A stretch of DNA of 32,000 nucleotides from Parasynechococcus marenigrum WH 8102 (GTDB lineage Bacteria > Cyanobacteriota > Cyanobacteriia > PCC-6307 > Cyanobiaceae), in the NCBI RefSeq assembly GCF_000195975.1, contig NC_005070.1, positions 1,920,001 to 1,952,000 of the forward strand, read 5' to 3'. Position numbers and translations under genes: made by a program. Positions 1 to 9,190 of this stretch are shown in pieces. The stretch's first letter is position 1, and the number at the start of each line of letters is the position of its first letter. The notes under the pieces are model-generated. The model saw nothing but the letters and a program-made list of their open reading frames with translations. It ran no database searches and was not told the DNA's origin.

Positions 1-1104
<1,104 letters not shown>

Positions 1105-1110
<6 letters not shown>

Positions 1111-1138
1111 CTCCCTTGTCGTACCAAGGGAGTTAAGC
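1105..1138 (+). promoter_or_regulatory. perfect 13-bp stem-loop enclosing the pebB stop codon (possible RNA processing, stability or attenuation element)
   Basis: The left arm 1105-1117 (gcttaactccctt) is the exact reverse complement of the right arm 1126-1138 (aagggagttaagc), with an 8-nt loop gtcgtacc. The pebB TAA (1108-1110) lies inside the left arm. No U-tract follows. The structure is certain but the function is not. Confidence 0.55.
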
Positions 1139-1268
1139 ATTATGAACAGCCGTCGAAGCGCCCGCCTGGGCTTGGCGAGAATCGCATGGTCGGGATGCAG
1201 GCAATAGCCTTCGACCATCCCAATTGTCTGAGATTCCCCTCCAGACGTAGTTCACAGGAACAACAACC

Positions 1269-1787
1269 ATGTTCGACGCCTTCACCAAGGTTGTCGCCCA
1301 GGCCGATGCCCGGGGACAATTCATCAGCACCAGCGAGATCGATGCCCTCGCTGCCATGGTTTCCGACAGCAACAAGCGTCTGGATGCCGTGAATCGCATC
1401 TCCAGCAACGCTTCCACCATCGTTGCTTCGGCTGCCCGTCAGCTGTTCGCTCAGCAGCCTTCACTGATCGCCCCCGGCGGCAACGCTTACACCTCCCGTC
1501 GCATGGCTGCTTGCCTGCGCGACATGGAGATCATTCTTCGCTACGTCACCTACTCCGCATTCACCGGCGACGCTTCCGTGATGGAAGACCGCTGCCTGAA
1601 CGGCCTGCGTGAGACCTACCTGGCCCTCGGCACTCCCGGTGCTTCCGTTGCCGCCGGCGTGAACCTGATGAAGGACACTGCCCTGGCCATCGTCAACGAC
1701 AAAGCTGGTATTTCCGCTGGCGACTGCGCTTCCCTGAGCAGCGAAATCGGCACCTACTTCGACCGCGCCGCCGCCTCCGTCGCCTGA
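1269..1787 (+). CDS. rpcB: R-phycocyanin beta subunit
   Basis: The product is 172 aa. [20 protein letters not shown]... is a canonical phycocyanin beta N-terminus. By my count the bilin-binding Cys residues are at 82 ([10 protein letters not shown]) and 153 (SAGDCASL). The alpha subunit follows 42 nt downstream. Confidence 0.95.
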   Translation: MFDAFTKVVAQADARGQFISTSEIDALAAMVSDSNKRLDAVNRISSNASTIVASAARQLFAQQPSLIAPGGNAYTSRRMAACLRDMEIILRYVTYSAFTGDASVMEDRCLNGLRETYLALGTPGASVAAGVNLMKDTALAIVNDKAGISAGDCASLSSEIGTYFDRAAASVA

Positions 1788-1829
1788 TCGACTCGTTAAT
1801 CCGACGTCTTTCACTTCTCCCATCAACCA

Positions 1830-2318
1830 ATGAAAACCCCACTTACCGAAGCTGTTGCTGCAGCTGATTCCCAGGGCCGTTTCCTGAGCAACACCGAAGT
1901 TCAGGCTGCTTCCGGTCGCTTCAACCGTGCCAAGGCCAGCCTCGAAGCGGCCAAAGCCCTCACGAGTAAGGCCGATTCCTTGGTGAACGGCGCAGCTCAA
2001 GCTGTGTACACCAAGTTCCCCTACACCACTCAGATGGAGGGGCCCAATTACTCAGCAACTCCCGAAGGCAAGTCCAAGTGTTCCCGTGACGTGGGCTACT
2101 ACCTGCGCATGATCACCTACTGCCTGGTCGCTGGTGGTACTGGCCCCATGGACGACTACCTGATTGCCGGTCTGGCCGAAATCAACCGTACTTTCGAGCT
2201 CTCCCCTTCCTGGTACGTGGAAGCTCTGAAGCACATCAAGTCCAACCACGGCCTCTCTGGCGACGCCGCCACTGAAGCCAACAGCTACATCGACTACGCC
2301 ATCAATGCTCTGACCTGA
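1830..2318 (+). CDS. rpcA: R-phycocyanin alpha subunit
   Basis: The product is 162 aa. [20 protein letters not shown]... is a canonical phycocyanin alpha N-terminus, with a single bilin Cys at position 84 ([13 protein letters not shown]). Confidence 0.95.
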   Translation: MKTPLTEAVAAADSQGRFLSNTEVQAASGRFNRAKASLEAAKALTSKADSLVNGAAQAVYTKFPYTTQMEGPNYSATPEGKSKCSRDVGYYLRMITYCLVAGGTGPMDDYLIAGLAEINRTFELSPSWYVEALKHIKSNHGLSGDAATEANSYIDYAINALT

Positions 2319-2340
2319 TCGGTTAGACCACAGATGTGAC

Positions 2341-2367
2341 AGCCCTCCTCATGGAGGGCTTTTTTTG
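2341..2367 (+). terminator. rho-independent terminator of rpcBA
   Basis: An 8-bp stem agccctcc/ggagggct (2341-2348 / 2353-2360) with loop tcat runs straight into a T-run (tttttttgtt). It starts 22 nt after the rpcA stop. Confidence 0.85.
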
Positions 2368-2396
2368 TTCAAACAGCTTGGGCCAGGATTCTAAAA

Positions 2397-2990
2397 ATGA
2401 CCCCAACAGAGCAGAACTTTCTCAGCTTGCTTTGCGGCGAATACAGCAATCAGCAACAAGCATTGGATAACCCTCCTTTCTTTGCACATATTTTCCTGAG
2501 ATACCGACCTTTAGAGCATCTCCAACCAGGATCCATTTTGTTAGAACAAAGCTATGCAGTTGACCCAAAGAATCCTTACCGACTACGCATGATCAGAGCA
2601 GAGGAACAATCACCTGGAATTATTAAGTTGTGGAACCATACCTTCCACGAGCCATCAAGATTTGCCAAAGCAACCTTTGATAAAGAATGTCGGCAGACCA
2701 TTCAAGACAGCGACCTGATCTGCCTTGACCAATGTCACTACCAAGTTGAACACAAGAGCGACGGATATCATGGATCGATCGAACCAGGCTGTCGGTGTAT
2801 GGTTACCCGAAATGGGCAAGAAACAGTCCTGGCCAGCACTTTTCACCTCCAGGAGGACTCATTAAAAACTCTTGACCGTGGTCATGACCCAAAAACGAAT
2901 GCAAGACTTTGGGGTGCCATTGCAGGTGAATTTCAATTCAAACGAACAAAATCATGGGAAGCAAAGTGGGAACAAGACATTCATTCATGA
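2397..2990 (+). CDS. rpcT: T-type (CpcT/CpeT family) phycobilin lyase
   Basis: The product is 197 aa. LCGEYSNQQQALDNPPFFAHIFLRYRP and PYRLRMIR are typical of the CpcT/CpeT lyase family. It lies directly downstream of rpcBA. Its GC content is markedly lower than the flanks. Confidence 0.78.
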   Translation: MTPTEQNFLSLLCGEYSNQQQALDNPPFFAHIFLRYRPLEHLQPGSILLEQSYAVDPKNPYRLRMIRAEEQSPGIIKLWNHTFHEPSRFAKATFDKECRQTIQDSDLICLDQCHYQVEHKSDGYHGSIEPGCRCMVTRNGQETVLASTFHLQEDSLKTLDRGHDPKTNARLWGAIAGEFQFKRTKSWEAKWEQDIHS

Positions 2991-3081
2991 GCATGGATAC
3001 AAAGACCATTTTTCAAGCACATGAGACAGTGGGGCAAGCCTATAGAATGCAAAGCAAGTTTTGTAAAACAAAACTACCTTG

Positions 3082-4482
3082 ATGCCAATTGACTCAGTTA
3101 CAGCCGCTCTTGAAGCCCTCGACCACCAAGATGCGGGTGTTCGGTATCACGGTGCTTGGTGGCTCGGGAAAAACAGGTCGGCTGAGGGAGTACCACGATT
3201 GGTGGAATGCCTTCTAGACGAAAGGGACAAAACATGTACAGGCGGATACCCCCTAAGAAGGCAAGCAGCAAGATCACTGGGAATGATCAAAGACTCACGC
3301 TGTTTACCAGAGCTTCTTAAAACACTAGAAACAGATGACGTGCAATTGCATGAAGCAACACTTAGAGCCCTAATTCAAATCAAGAGTGATCAATGCTCAA
3401 GCTCACTCATTAACTACCTTGACCGAGATATTCCCAACAAACCAATAGAAGCGCTTATAGAAGCCTTAACAGAGCAAAGAATGTGGGATGTTTCAGAAAA
3501 GATCCAACCCTTTCTTAACGACAAATCAGAAAGGATCGCTGGCTCTGCAGCAGCTTTTTTCTACAGCTACACCGGTGAGATGACCTATTTAAACAAAGTT
3601 ATCTCACTTCTTGATCACCAGAATCGCTTCATCAGGCAATCCGCTGCATTCGACCTAGCCCGTATCGGAACAATCAAAGCAACAGATCCAATCCTGACTG
3701 CCAAGATCCCCAACAACGTCAAGATGTTTGCCATAAAAGCCATACTCAATAAATCGCTCAGCCGAAGCAATCAAGCAGATTCTATTCCAGATACCGACCT
3801 CGCATCAATTCATTCCTCCCTCTTCAAAGCACTTGACAGTCTCGCCAGAGACAACTTTTCGGGGAACCTATTGATTGAGCAAGACAACCAAATTCCAGAA
3901 ACCTATCCAGGAGACGGCTCAACAGAGAGCGATCTACTTTCAAATGCATTCGACAACCTAAGGTCACCATCCTTGACGAGCAGAAAATCAGGCATAAAAC
4001 AACTCGTCCGTGGTGCTAATCGTTTCAAAATCGATCTTCTTGATCTGTACTTCTCAGAATCAGATCAAGACATCACAATGGGGCTGATCAAGGCCATGGC
4101 TGAACTCAAAAATCCCCATTACGCAAACGCACTTATTGATGCTATTGGGGTCGAAATTGGCAATCATTGCCAAGGAAACATTCGACGCGTCGCAGCGTGC
4201 GCCCTTGGTGACATCAATTGGAACGCGAAGATTTCGTCGCAATCACTGCATGCCGTTTTCAACAAACTCAAATGGACACTTCATTCACCTGAAGACTGGG
4301 GTTTGCGCTACAGCGCATGCTTGGCGCTGGAAGGAATTGGCAATGCCGATTCGATTAAACTCTTAAATGAAGCTAAAGCAAAAGAAACAGATCCAGTCCT
4401 CTCTGCACGCCTTGACAAGGCAATACTAAAATCAAAAAATAAGACTTCTATCCATCACATCGAAAACAAAAAAGTTCTCTAA
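3082..4482 (+). CDS. rpcG: fused E/F-type phycobilin lyase-isomerase (RpcG-like)
   Basis: The product is 466 aa from ATG 3082, with TTG 3079 also in frame. The N-terminal half carries HEAT / PBS-lyase repeats (DAGVRYHGAWWLGK, RRQAARSLG). The C-terminal half is CpcF/PecF-like, with the NHCQGN motif (nt 4162-4179) and repeats RRVAACALGD and LRYSACLALEG. One continuous ORF replaces separate rpcE and rpcF genes. Confidence 0.85.
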   Translation: MPIDSVTAALEALDHQDAGVRYHGAWWLGKNRSAEGVPRLVECLLDERDKTCTGGYPLRRQAARSLGMIKDSRCLPELLKTLETDDVQLHEATLRALIQIKSDQCSSSLINYLDRDIPNKPIEALIEALTEQRMWDVSEKIQPFLNDKSERIAGSAAAFFYSYTGEMTYLNKVISLLDHQNRFIRQSAAFDLARIGTIKATDPILTAKIPNNVKMFAIKAILNKSLSRSNQADSIPDTDLASIHSSLFKALDSLARDNFSGNLLIEQDNQIPETYPGDGSTESDLLSNAFDNLRSPSLTSRKSGIKQLVRGANRFKIDLLDLYFSESDQDITMGLIKAMAELKNPHYANALIDAIGVEIGNHCQGNIRRVAACALGDINWNAKISSQSLHAVFNKLKWTLHSPEDWGLRYSACLALEGIGNADSIKLLNEAKAKETDPVLSARLDKAILKSKNKTSIHHIENKKVL

Positions 4483-4487
4483 AACTA

Positions 4488-4964
4488 ATGATAAAAGTAT
4501 TGTTCGTCTGCCTCGGCAACATCTGCCGATCACCAGCGGCCGAAGGCGTCTTCCTGCATCTGCTGGAGGAGCGAGGGCTGAGCGATCAGTTCGTGGTGGA
4601 TTCCGCCGGCACCGGCGGCTGGCATGTGGGCAACCCCGCCGACCGACGTATGCAGGCCGCAGCCAACCGTCGCGGCATCCAGCTGCCCAGCCGCGCACGA
4701 CAAATCAGCCTCGACGACTTCTCGGAGTTCGACCTGATGCTGACCATGGATAACAACAACCTGGCCGCGGTGCAGGGGCTGGCTCGCGAAGCCGGCGCAC
4801 AAGCCACGGCAACCATTCAACCGATGCTCAGCTACGCCCGCCGCTTCTCAGAAACGGAGGTTCCGGATCCCTATTACGGCGGCGAAGCCGGCTTTGAACA
4901 TGTGCTCGATCTGCTGGAGGACGCCTGCTCCAACCTGCTGGACGAGCTCAGCCCGCCGGCGTAG
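4488..4964 (+). CDS. ptpA: low-molecular-weight protein-tyrosine phosphatase
   Basis: The product is 158 aa. CLGNICRSP is the CX5R(S/T) P-loop starting at Cys8, and a DPYYGG acid loop lies near the C-terminus. ptpA is the known boundary gene of the Synechococcus rod region. Confidence 0.85.
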   Translation: MIKVLFVCLGNICRSPAAEGVFLHLLEERGLSDQFVVDSAGTGGWHVGNPADRRMQAAANRRGIQLPSRARQISLDDFSEFDLMLTMDNNNLAAVQGLAREAGAQATATIQPMLSYARRFSETEVPDPYYGGEAGFEHVLDLLEDACSNLLDELSPPA

Positions 4965-6453
4965 GCCAGGCCTCCTCAGGCACCCGGGCACGAAACTGCT
5001 CCACCAGGGCATCGATCACAGCGTCGATGCTCATGCCATCGGTCACCAGTTCCACGGCATCAATCGCCTGCACCAGCGGGGCCTCCTCCCGGGTGCTGTC
5101 GAGATGATCGCGCTCGGCGATCTGTGCTTCAAGCTCTGAGCGCTCCTGCACCGGAAAGCCCCGTTGTTCCAGGTCCAGGGCCCGGCGCCGGGCCCGTTCG
5201 GCCACCGTGGCCGTAAGAAACACCTTGAGATCGGCATCGGGGAACACGGCTGAGCCGATGTCGCGGCCCTCCGCCACCAGGCCACCTTTGGCACCCATTG
5301 CTTTCTGCTGGGTGGTGAGGGCCTGCCTCACGCAGCGGTGAGCGGCCACCACCGACACCGATCCCGTTACCTCAGGAGAACGGATCGCCTGACTGACATC
5401 CTCACCATTCACCATCACCTGCTGGCCACCACCCGGCAGCGACTGAAGCTGCAGATCCAGAGCACGCAGCAACGCGTCCACGGCCGCAGCATCCCCGGGT
5501 TCCACGCCCTGTTGTTGCACCAGCCACGTAACGGCGCGATACATCGCTCCGGTATCCAGGTAAATCAGGCCCAGACGCTCCGCGAACGCACGGGTCACCG
5601 TGCTTTTGCCAGCACCGGCAGGGCCATCGATGGCAACGAGGGGCTGGCGGGTCATCAGAAACGAGTGATCAATCAGGCGTGTCGTCCCGCAGCGCACCGC
5701 CGCGGCCAGCAGCGAGAGTGCCGTCTCCGAGCCGCAGGGCTGCAGGCTTTGGGGATCAACCCTCTCTACATACTCCACCTCGAGACCAGCAGCTGAAAGC
5801 CTCGAGCGGGTGACGTCCAATGGGGTGGTGCCATCAGCAGCACGCAACGCCGCGGGCAGCGCTGCTGCCTGGAGACGCTGCGCAGCCGACAGGTATTGAT
5901 TGCGTGAACTCAACGCGAGGCCGTCCGCCTCGCGAACCGTGGCGACCCCGTGGATCTTCACAGGCAACACAAGATCAGCCACCAGCTGACGCAGGATCAC
6001 CAGTTGCTGCCAGTCCTTCTCCCCCAGCCAGAGACCGGCGGGCCTCGTCAGCTCCAGCAGCCGAGCCACCACCGTGACCACCCCATCGAAGTGTCCGGGT
6101 CGATCAGCTCCGCACAGATGCTGCTGCAGGGCTGCAGGTGCCTGGCGAGCCGAATCGGCAGTGGCTCCATCGGGATAGATGGTCTGAACCGTGGGAGTCC
6201 AGAGCGCTGCTGCTCCGTAGCGATCCGCCAGAGCCAGATCGGCCTCCAAGCTGCGCGGATAACGTTCGAAGTCTTCGCCAGGGGCGAACTGAAGGGGGTT
6301 GACAAACACACTCACCAACACTGGGCCCTGCTCTGCCGCACGGCGGATCAGCTCCCCATGCCCCTGATGCAGACCCCCCATGGTCGGGACGAACTGAAGG
6401 GGTTGGCCGAGGCCGGAGTGGAATGCCGCCAGCTCAGCCTGCGTTGAGAGCAA
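4948..6453 (-). CDS. panC: bifunctional pantoate--beta-alanine ligase / cytidylate kinase
   Basis: The product is 501 aa. The N-terminal half has PanC signatures (FVPTMGGLHQGH, VFVNPLQF). The C-terminal half is a cytidylate kinase (VAIDGPAGAGKSTV P-loop, LDTGAMYRA). No ATG exists upstream of the PTMGGLH motif, so TTG 6453 or CTG 6465 must initiate. Confidence 0.9.
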   Translation of the reverse strand: MLSTQAELAAFHSGLGQPLQFVPTMGGLHQGHGELIRRAAEQGPVLVSVFVNPLQFAPGEDFERYPRSLEADLALADRYGAAALWTPTVQTIYPDGATADSARQAPAALQQHLCGADRPGHFDGVVTVVARLLELTRPAGLWLGEKDWQQLVILRQLVADLVLPVKIHGVATVREADGLALSSRNQYLSAAQRLQAAALPAALRAADGTTPLDVTRSRLSAAGLEVEYVERVDPQSLQPCGSETALSLLAAAVRCGTTRLIDHSFLMTRQPLVAIDGPAGAGKSTVTRAFAERLGLIYLDTGAMYRAVTWLVQQQGVEPGDAAAVDALLRALDLQLQSLPGGGQQVMVNGEDVSQAIRSPEVTGSVSVVAAHRCVRQALTTQQKAMGAKGGLVAEGRDIGSAVFPDADLKVFLTATVAERARRRALDLEQRGFPVQERSELEAQIAERDHLDSTREEAPLVQAIDAVELVTDGMSIDAVIDALVEQFRARVPEEAWPTPAG

Positions 6454-6461
6454 GGCGGTGG

Positions 6462-7085
6462 TCAGCGCAACACCTCAAGCTTCACCTGGGCAATCCCGGA
6501 ACTGATCAGCCCAAGGGTCGAGGCAGCACCGTGGCCCAGATCAATGACCCGGTGATCAACAAAGGGGCCTCGGTCGTTGATGCGAATCACCGCAGAGCGG
6601 CCGTTCCGGATATTGGTCACGCGCACCTTGGTTCCGAACGGCAAGGTGCGGTGGGCTGCCGTCATCGTCCCCTGGCGGTAGATCTCGCCGTTGGCCGTGT
6701 GATTTCCGTAGAAACCAGGCCCGTACCAGCTGGCCTCCCCGGTGATCACGCGCACCACCTCGGGCAGCAGCTTCAGCTTCGGCTCAGGCAGAACCGCCAC
6801 GGGCGTTGGATCGACCGGTTCCTTCACCTCATCGGGCGTCAATGTGGCGCTGATGCTGCTGTCATAGCTGCTGTCCGGGTCAAGGTCGTCCTGGACCGAC
6901 AGGTCGGAATCCAGGGGAGCAGCTTTGATGGGTTGAGAATCAATGTCCGAGTCGACGGCCAACTCCATTGGGTCGAGCGGCTTGAACAAATCCGAATCCT
7001 CAAAATCCTGCGCCACCACGGGGAATAGAGCTGCACTGGCTGAAATCGCCCCGGACAGACCCAGGAGGGTGAGAACAACACGCAT
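6462..7085 (-). CDS. rlpA: RlpA-like (DPBB domain) lytic transglycosylase or lipoprotein, secreted
   Basis: The product is 207 aa with an N-terminal signal peptide (MRVVLTLLGLSGAISASA). An acidic linker is followed by a DPBB domain: ASWYGPGFYGNHTANGEIY...MTAAHRTLPFGTKVRVTN..GRSAVIRINDRGPF. Confidence 0.8.
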   Translation of the reverse strand: MRVVLTLLGLSGAISASAALFPVVAQDFEDSDLFKPLDPMELAVDSDIDSQPIKAAPLDSDLSVQDDLDPDSSYDSSISATLTPDEVKEPVDPTPVAVLPEPKLKLLPEVVRVITGEASWYGPGFYGNHTANGEIYRQGTMTAAHRTLPFGTKVRVTNIRNGRSAVIRINDRGPFVDHRVIDLGHGAASTLGLISSGIAQVKLEVLR

Positions 7086-7390
7086 GACGGACGGTCAGCA
7101 GGCCTCAGGAGACATGGCTCAGAAGCGGCGCAGACCTCAGCTGGTAAACGAGTTGATGTTAAGAAGTTCGTGACAAACACAACAGCAGGCACCAATCCAG
7201 CGGCTGGCACAGCAAATCTGGACACCCGTGGCGCGCATCAGCCGCTCACAGGCGAGGCCCCCACTGATCCCAAACGAAGGCATCAGCCAGACTTGGTCAA
7301 GTCATCAGCGAAACTGATGGCATCTTGATCCGGCTCGTCGACCGTCCCAAGGTCGCTGGGGTTGCAGGATCGATACAGGTTCTTCAGCCC

Positions 7391-8422
7391 ATGGACTACA
7401 AGAGTGCTGGCGTTGACGTCGAGGCCGGGCGCGCCTTTGTTCAACGGATCAAATCGTCCGTCGAAGCAACACACCGCCAAGAGGTGGTCGGTGGTCTGGG
7501 GGGCTTCGGCGGCATGATGCGCCTGCCTGCTGGCCTGCGACAGCCCTTGTTGGTTTCAGGGACTGATGGTGTCGGCACCAAACTCGAATTGGCGCAGGAC
7601 CATCAAGCCCACCACAACGTTGGGATCGACCTGGTGGCGATGTGCGTGAACGACGTGATCACATCCGGCGCCCAGCCGCTGTTTTTTCTCGACTACATGG
7701 CCACGGGCGCATTGAGCCCTGACGCCATGGCTGAGGTTGTTGAGGGCATCGCTGACGGCTGCCAGCAGAGCGGCTGCTCGCTGCTCGGCGGCGAAACCGC
7801 AGAAATGCCTGGCTTCTACCCAGCGGGTCGCTACGACCTGGCCGGGTTCTGCGTCGCCGTTGTTGAAGAAAACGAGCTGATTGATGGACAACAGGTTCAA
7901 CCAGGTGATGCTGTGATCGGCGTGGCCAGCAGCGGTGTCCACAGCAACGGCTTCAGCCTGGTGCGCCGGGTGCTGGCCCAGGCCAAAGCGGATCGATCCA
8001 CCCTGTACGGACCTGATCAGCGCCCGCTGATCGACGATCTGCTGAGACCCACACAGCTCTATGCCTCCCTGGTGAAGCATCTGCTCAGCAGCAGCCTTCC
8101 CATCCATGCCATGGCGCACATCACAGGTGGAGGACTGCCGGAGAACCTCCCCCGCTGCCTGCCGACTGGATGTCGCGCCCAGGTGAGCCCAACCAGCTGG
8201 GCACGCCCGCCCCTGTTCGACTGGCTCCAGAGCGCTGGTGGCATTCCGGAGCGGGACCTCTGGCACACCTTCAATCTCGGGATCGGTTTCTGTGTTGTGG
8301 TGCCGCGGGATCAAATCGACCGAACGGTCGCTGCCTGCCGTGCCCAGCAGCTCCAGGCCTGGCCGATTGGCAGCATCGTGGAAGGGAACCCTGAAGACGG
8401 GGTGATCGGCCTCCCCGACTAA
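7391..8422 (+). CDS. purM: phosphoribosylformylglycinamidine cyclo-ligase (AIR synthetase)
   Basis: ATG 7391 gives [17 protein letters not shown]..., the usual PurM N-terminus, although the ORF is open from 7325. It resembles the AIR synthase family throughout ([22 protein letters not shown]). Confidence 0.9.
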   Translation: MDYKSAGVDVEAGRAFVQRIKSSVEATHRQEVVGGLGGFGGMMRLPAGLRQPLLVSGTDGVGTKLELAQDHQAHHNVGIDLVAMCVNDVITSGAQPLFFLDYMATGALSPDAMAEVVEGIADGCQQSGCSLLGGETAEMPGFYPAGRYDLAGFCVAVVEENELIDGQQVQPGDAVIGVASSGVHSNGFSLVRRVLAQAKADRSTLYGPDQRPLIDDLLRPTQLYASLVKHLLSSSLPIHAMAHITGGGLPENLPRCLPTGCRAQVSPTSWARPPLFDWLQSAGGIPERDLWHTFNLGIGFCVVVPRDQIDRTVAACRAQQLQAWPIGSIVEGNPEDGVIGLPD

Positions 8423-8553
8423 CAGGGGTATTGCATCACTCTCCAAAGAGATTGTTCAAGAGTCAGGCAAAGGGAAAGAACCGTTTAAGATGATTGCAAG
8501 CATTCTGGAGTTTTTCTCCGGACGCAGCGTCGATACATCGGCTTAACAACGTC

Positions 8554-9186
8554 ATGCCATTTGATAGACCCCAGCGCACCACGCGCAGACGATCCTCTGC
8601 AGGTCCAACACCCCCACGTCGTCCGGTCGTCCCGGCCCATGAGCGTTCCAATGGCCACCGCCAATCACCCCGGCCGACCTTCCTCACCCTGAGGGACCAC
8701 GGCAAGGTTTACGTCGCTGACATGCCTGATCTGTCCGACGGTCAGCTGTCCCACATCGGCAAAGAAGCCCAGGAAGTTCTCGACAGTCTTGAGCGACGGA
8801 TCCACGGACTCGAGCAGAGCCTCGATCAGGGCCCCCTGGATCGGGACACGTTGATCAAGGCCTCCACCAAGCGCGACGTCACCCTTCGTTTCCTGCGCGC
8901 GATCGACGAGGAAAAACAACTCCGCAGCAACAACCCTGCCCTGCGGTCCGCGGCCTGGGAATCCCTGCCCAGGACCTTCCTTGAGGTCGCAAGGCACCGT
9001 CTCCCGGGAACCACCTTTGATTCCCTGCTCCAGGAAGCACTCAAGGCCTGCGAAGAGAGCCAGGCTGCTGCCGCCCCCGTACCACCACAGGAACGGGAGA
9101 ACGTGATCCCCCTGCGCAGCGAGGCTGCCGCTGACAGTCTTCCTGTTGTGGTGAGTCCTGCTCCAGACAACGTCGCTGAAGCCTGA
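8554..9186 (+). CDS. hypothetical protein (Arg/Pro-rich N-terminus, helical C-terminal part)
   Basis: This is a long ORF with coding-like composition on this strand. ATG 8554 (MPFDRPQRTTRRR...) follows a low-GC spacer. I recognise no family. The ORF track starts it at 8494. Confidence 0.5.
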   Translation: MPFDRPQRTTRRRSSAGPTPPRRPVVPAHERSNGHRQSPRPTFLTLRDHGKVYVADMPDLSDGQLSHIGKEAQEVLDSLERRIHGLEQSLDQGPLDRDTLIKASTKRDVTLRFLRAIDEEKQLRSNNPALRSAAWESLPRTFLEVARHRLPGTTFDSLLQEALKACEESQAAAAPVPPQERENVIPLRSEAAADSLPVVVSPAPDNVAEA

Positions 9187-9190
9187 GGGC

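Noticed and set aside
7283-7480. 65-aa minus-strand ORF spanning the purM start region, and small ORFs 6943-7173 and 6839-7225 around the rlpA start
   Set aside because: They overlap confident genes out of frame, have no signal or motif, and are no longer than random ORFs expected at this GC content.
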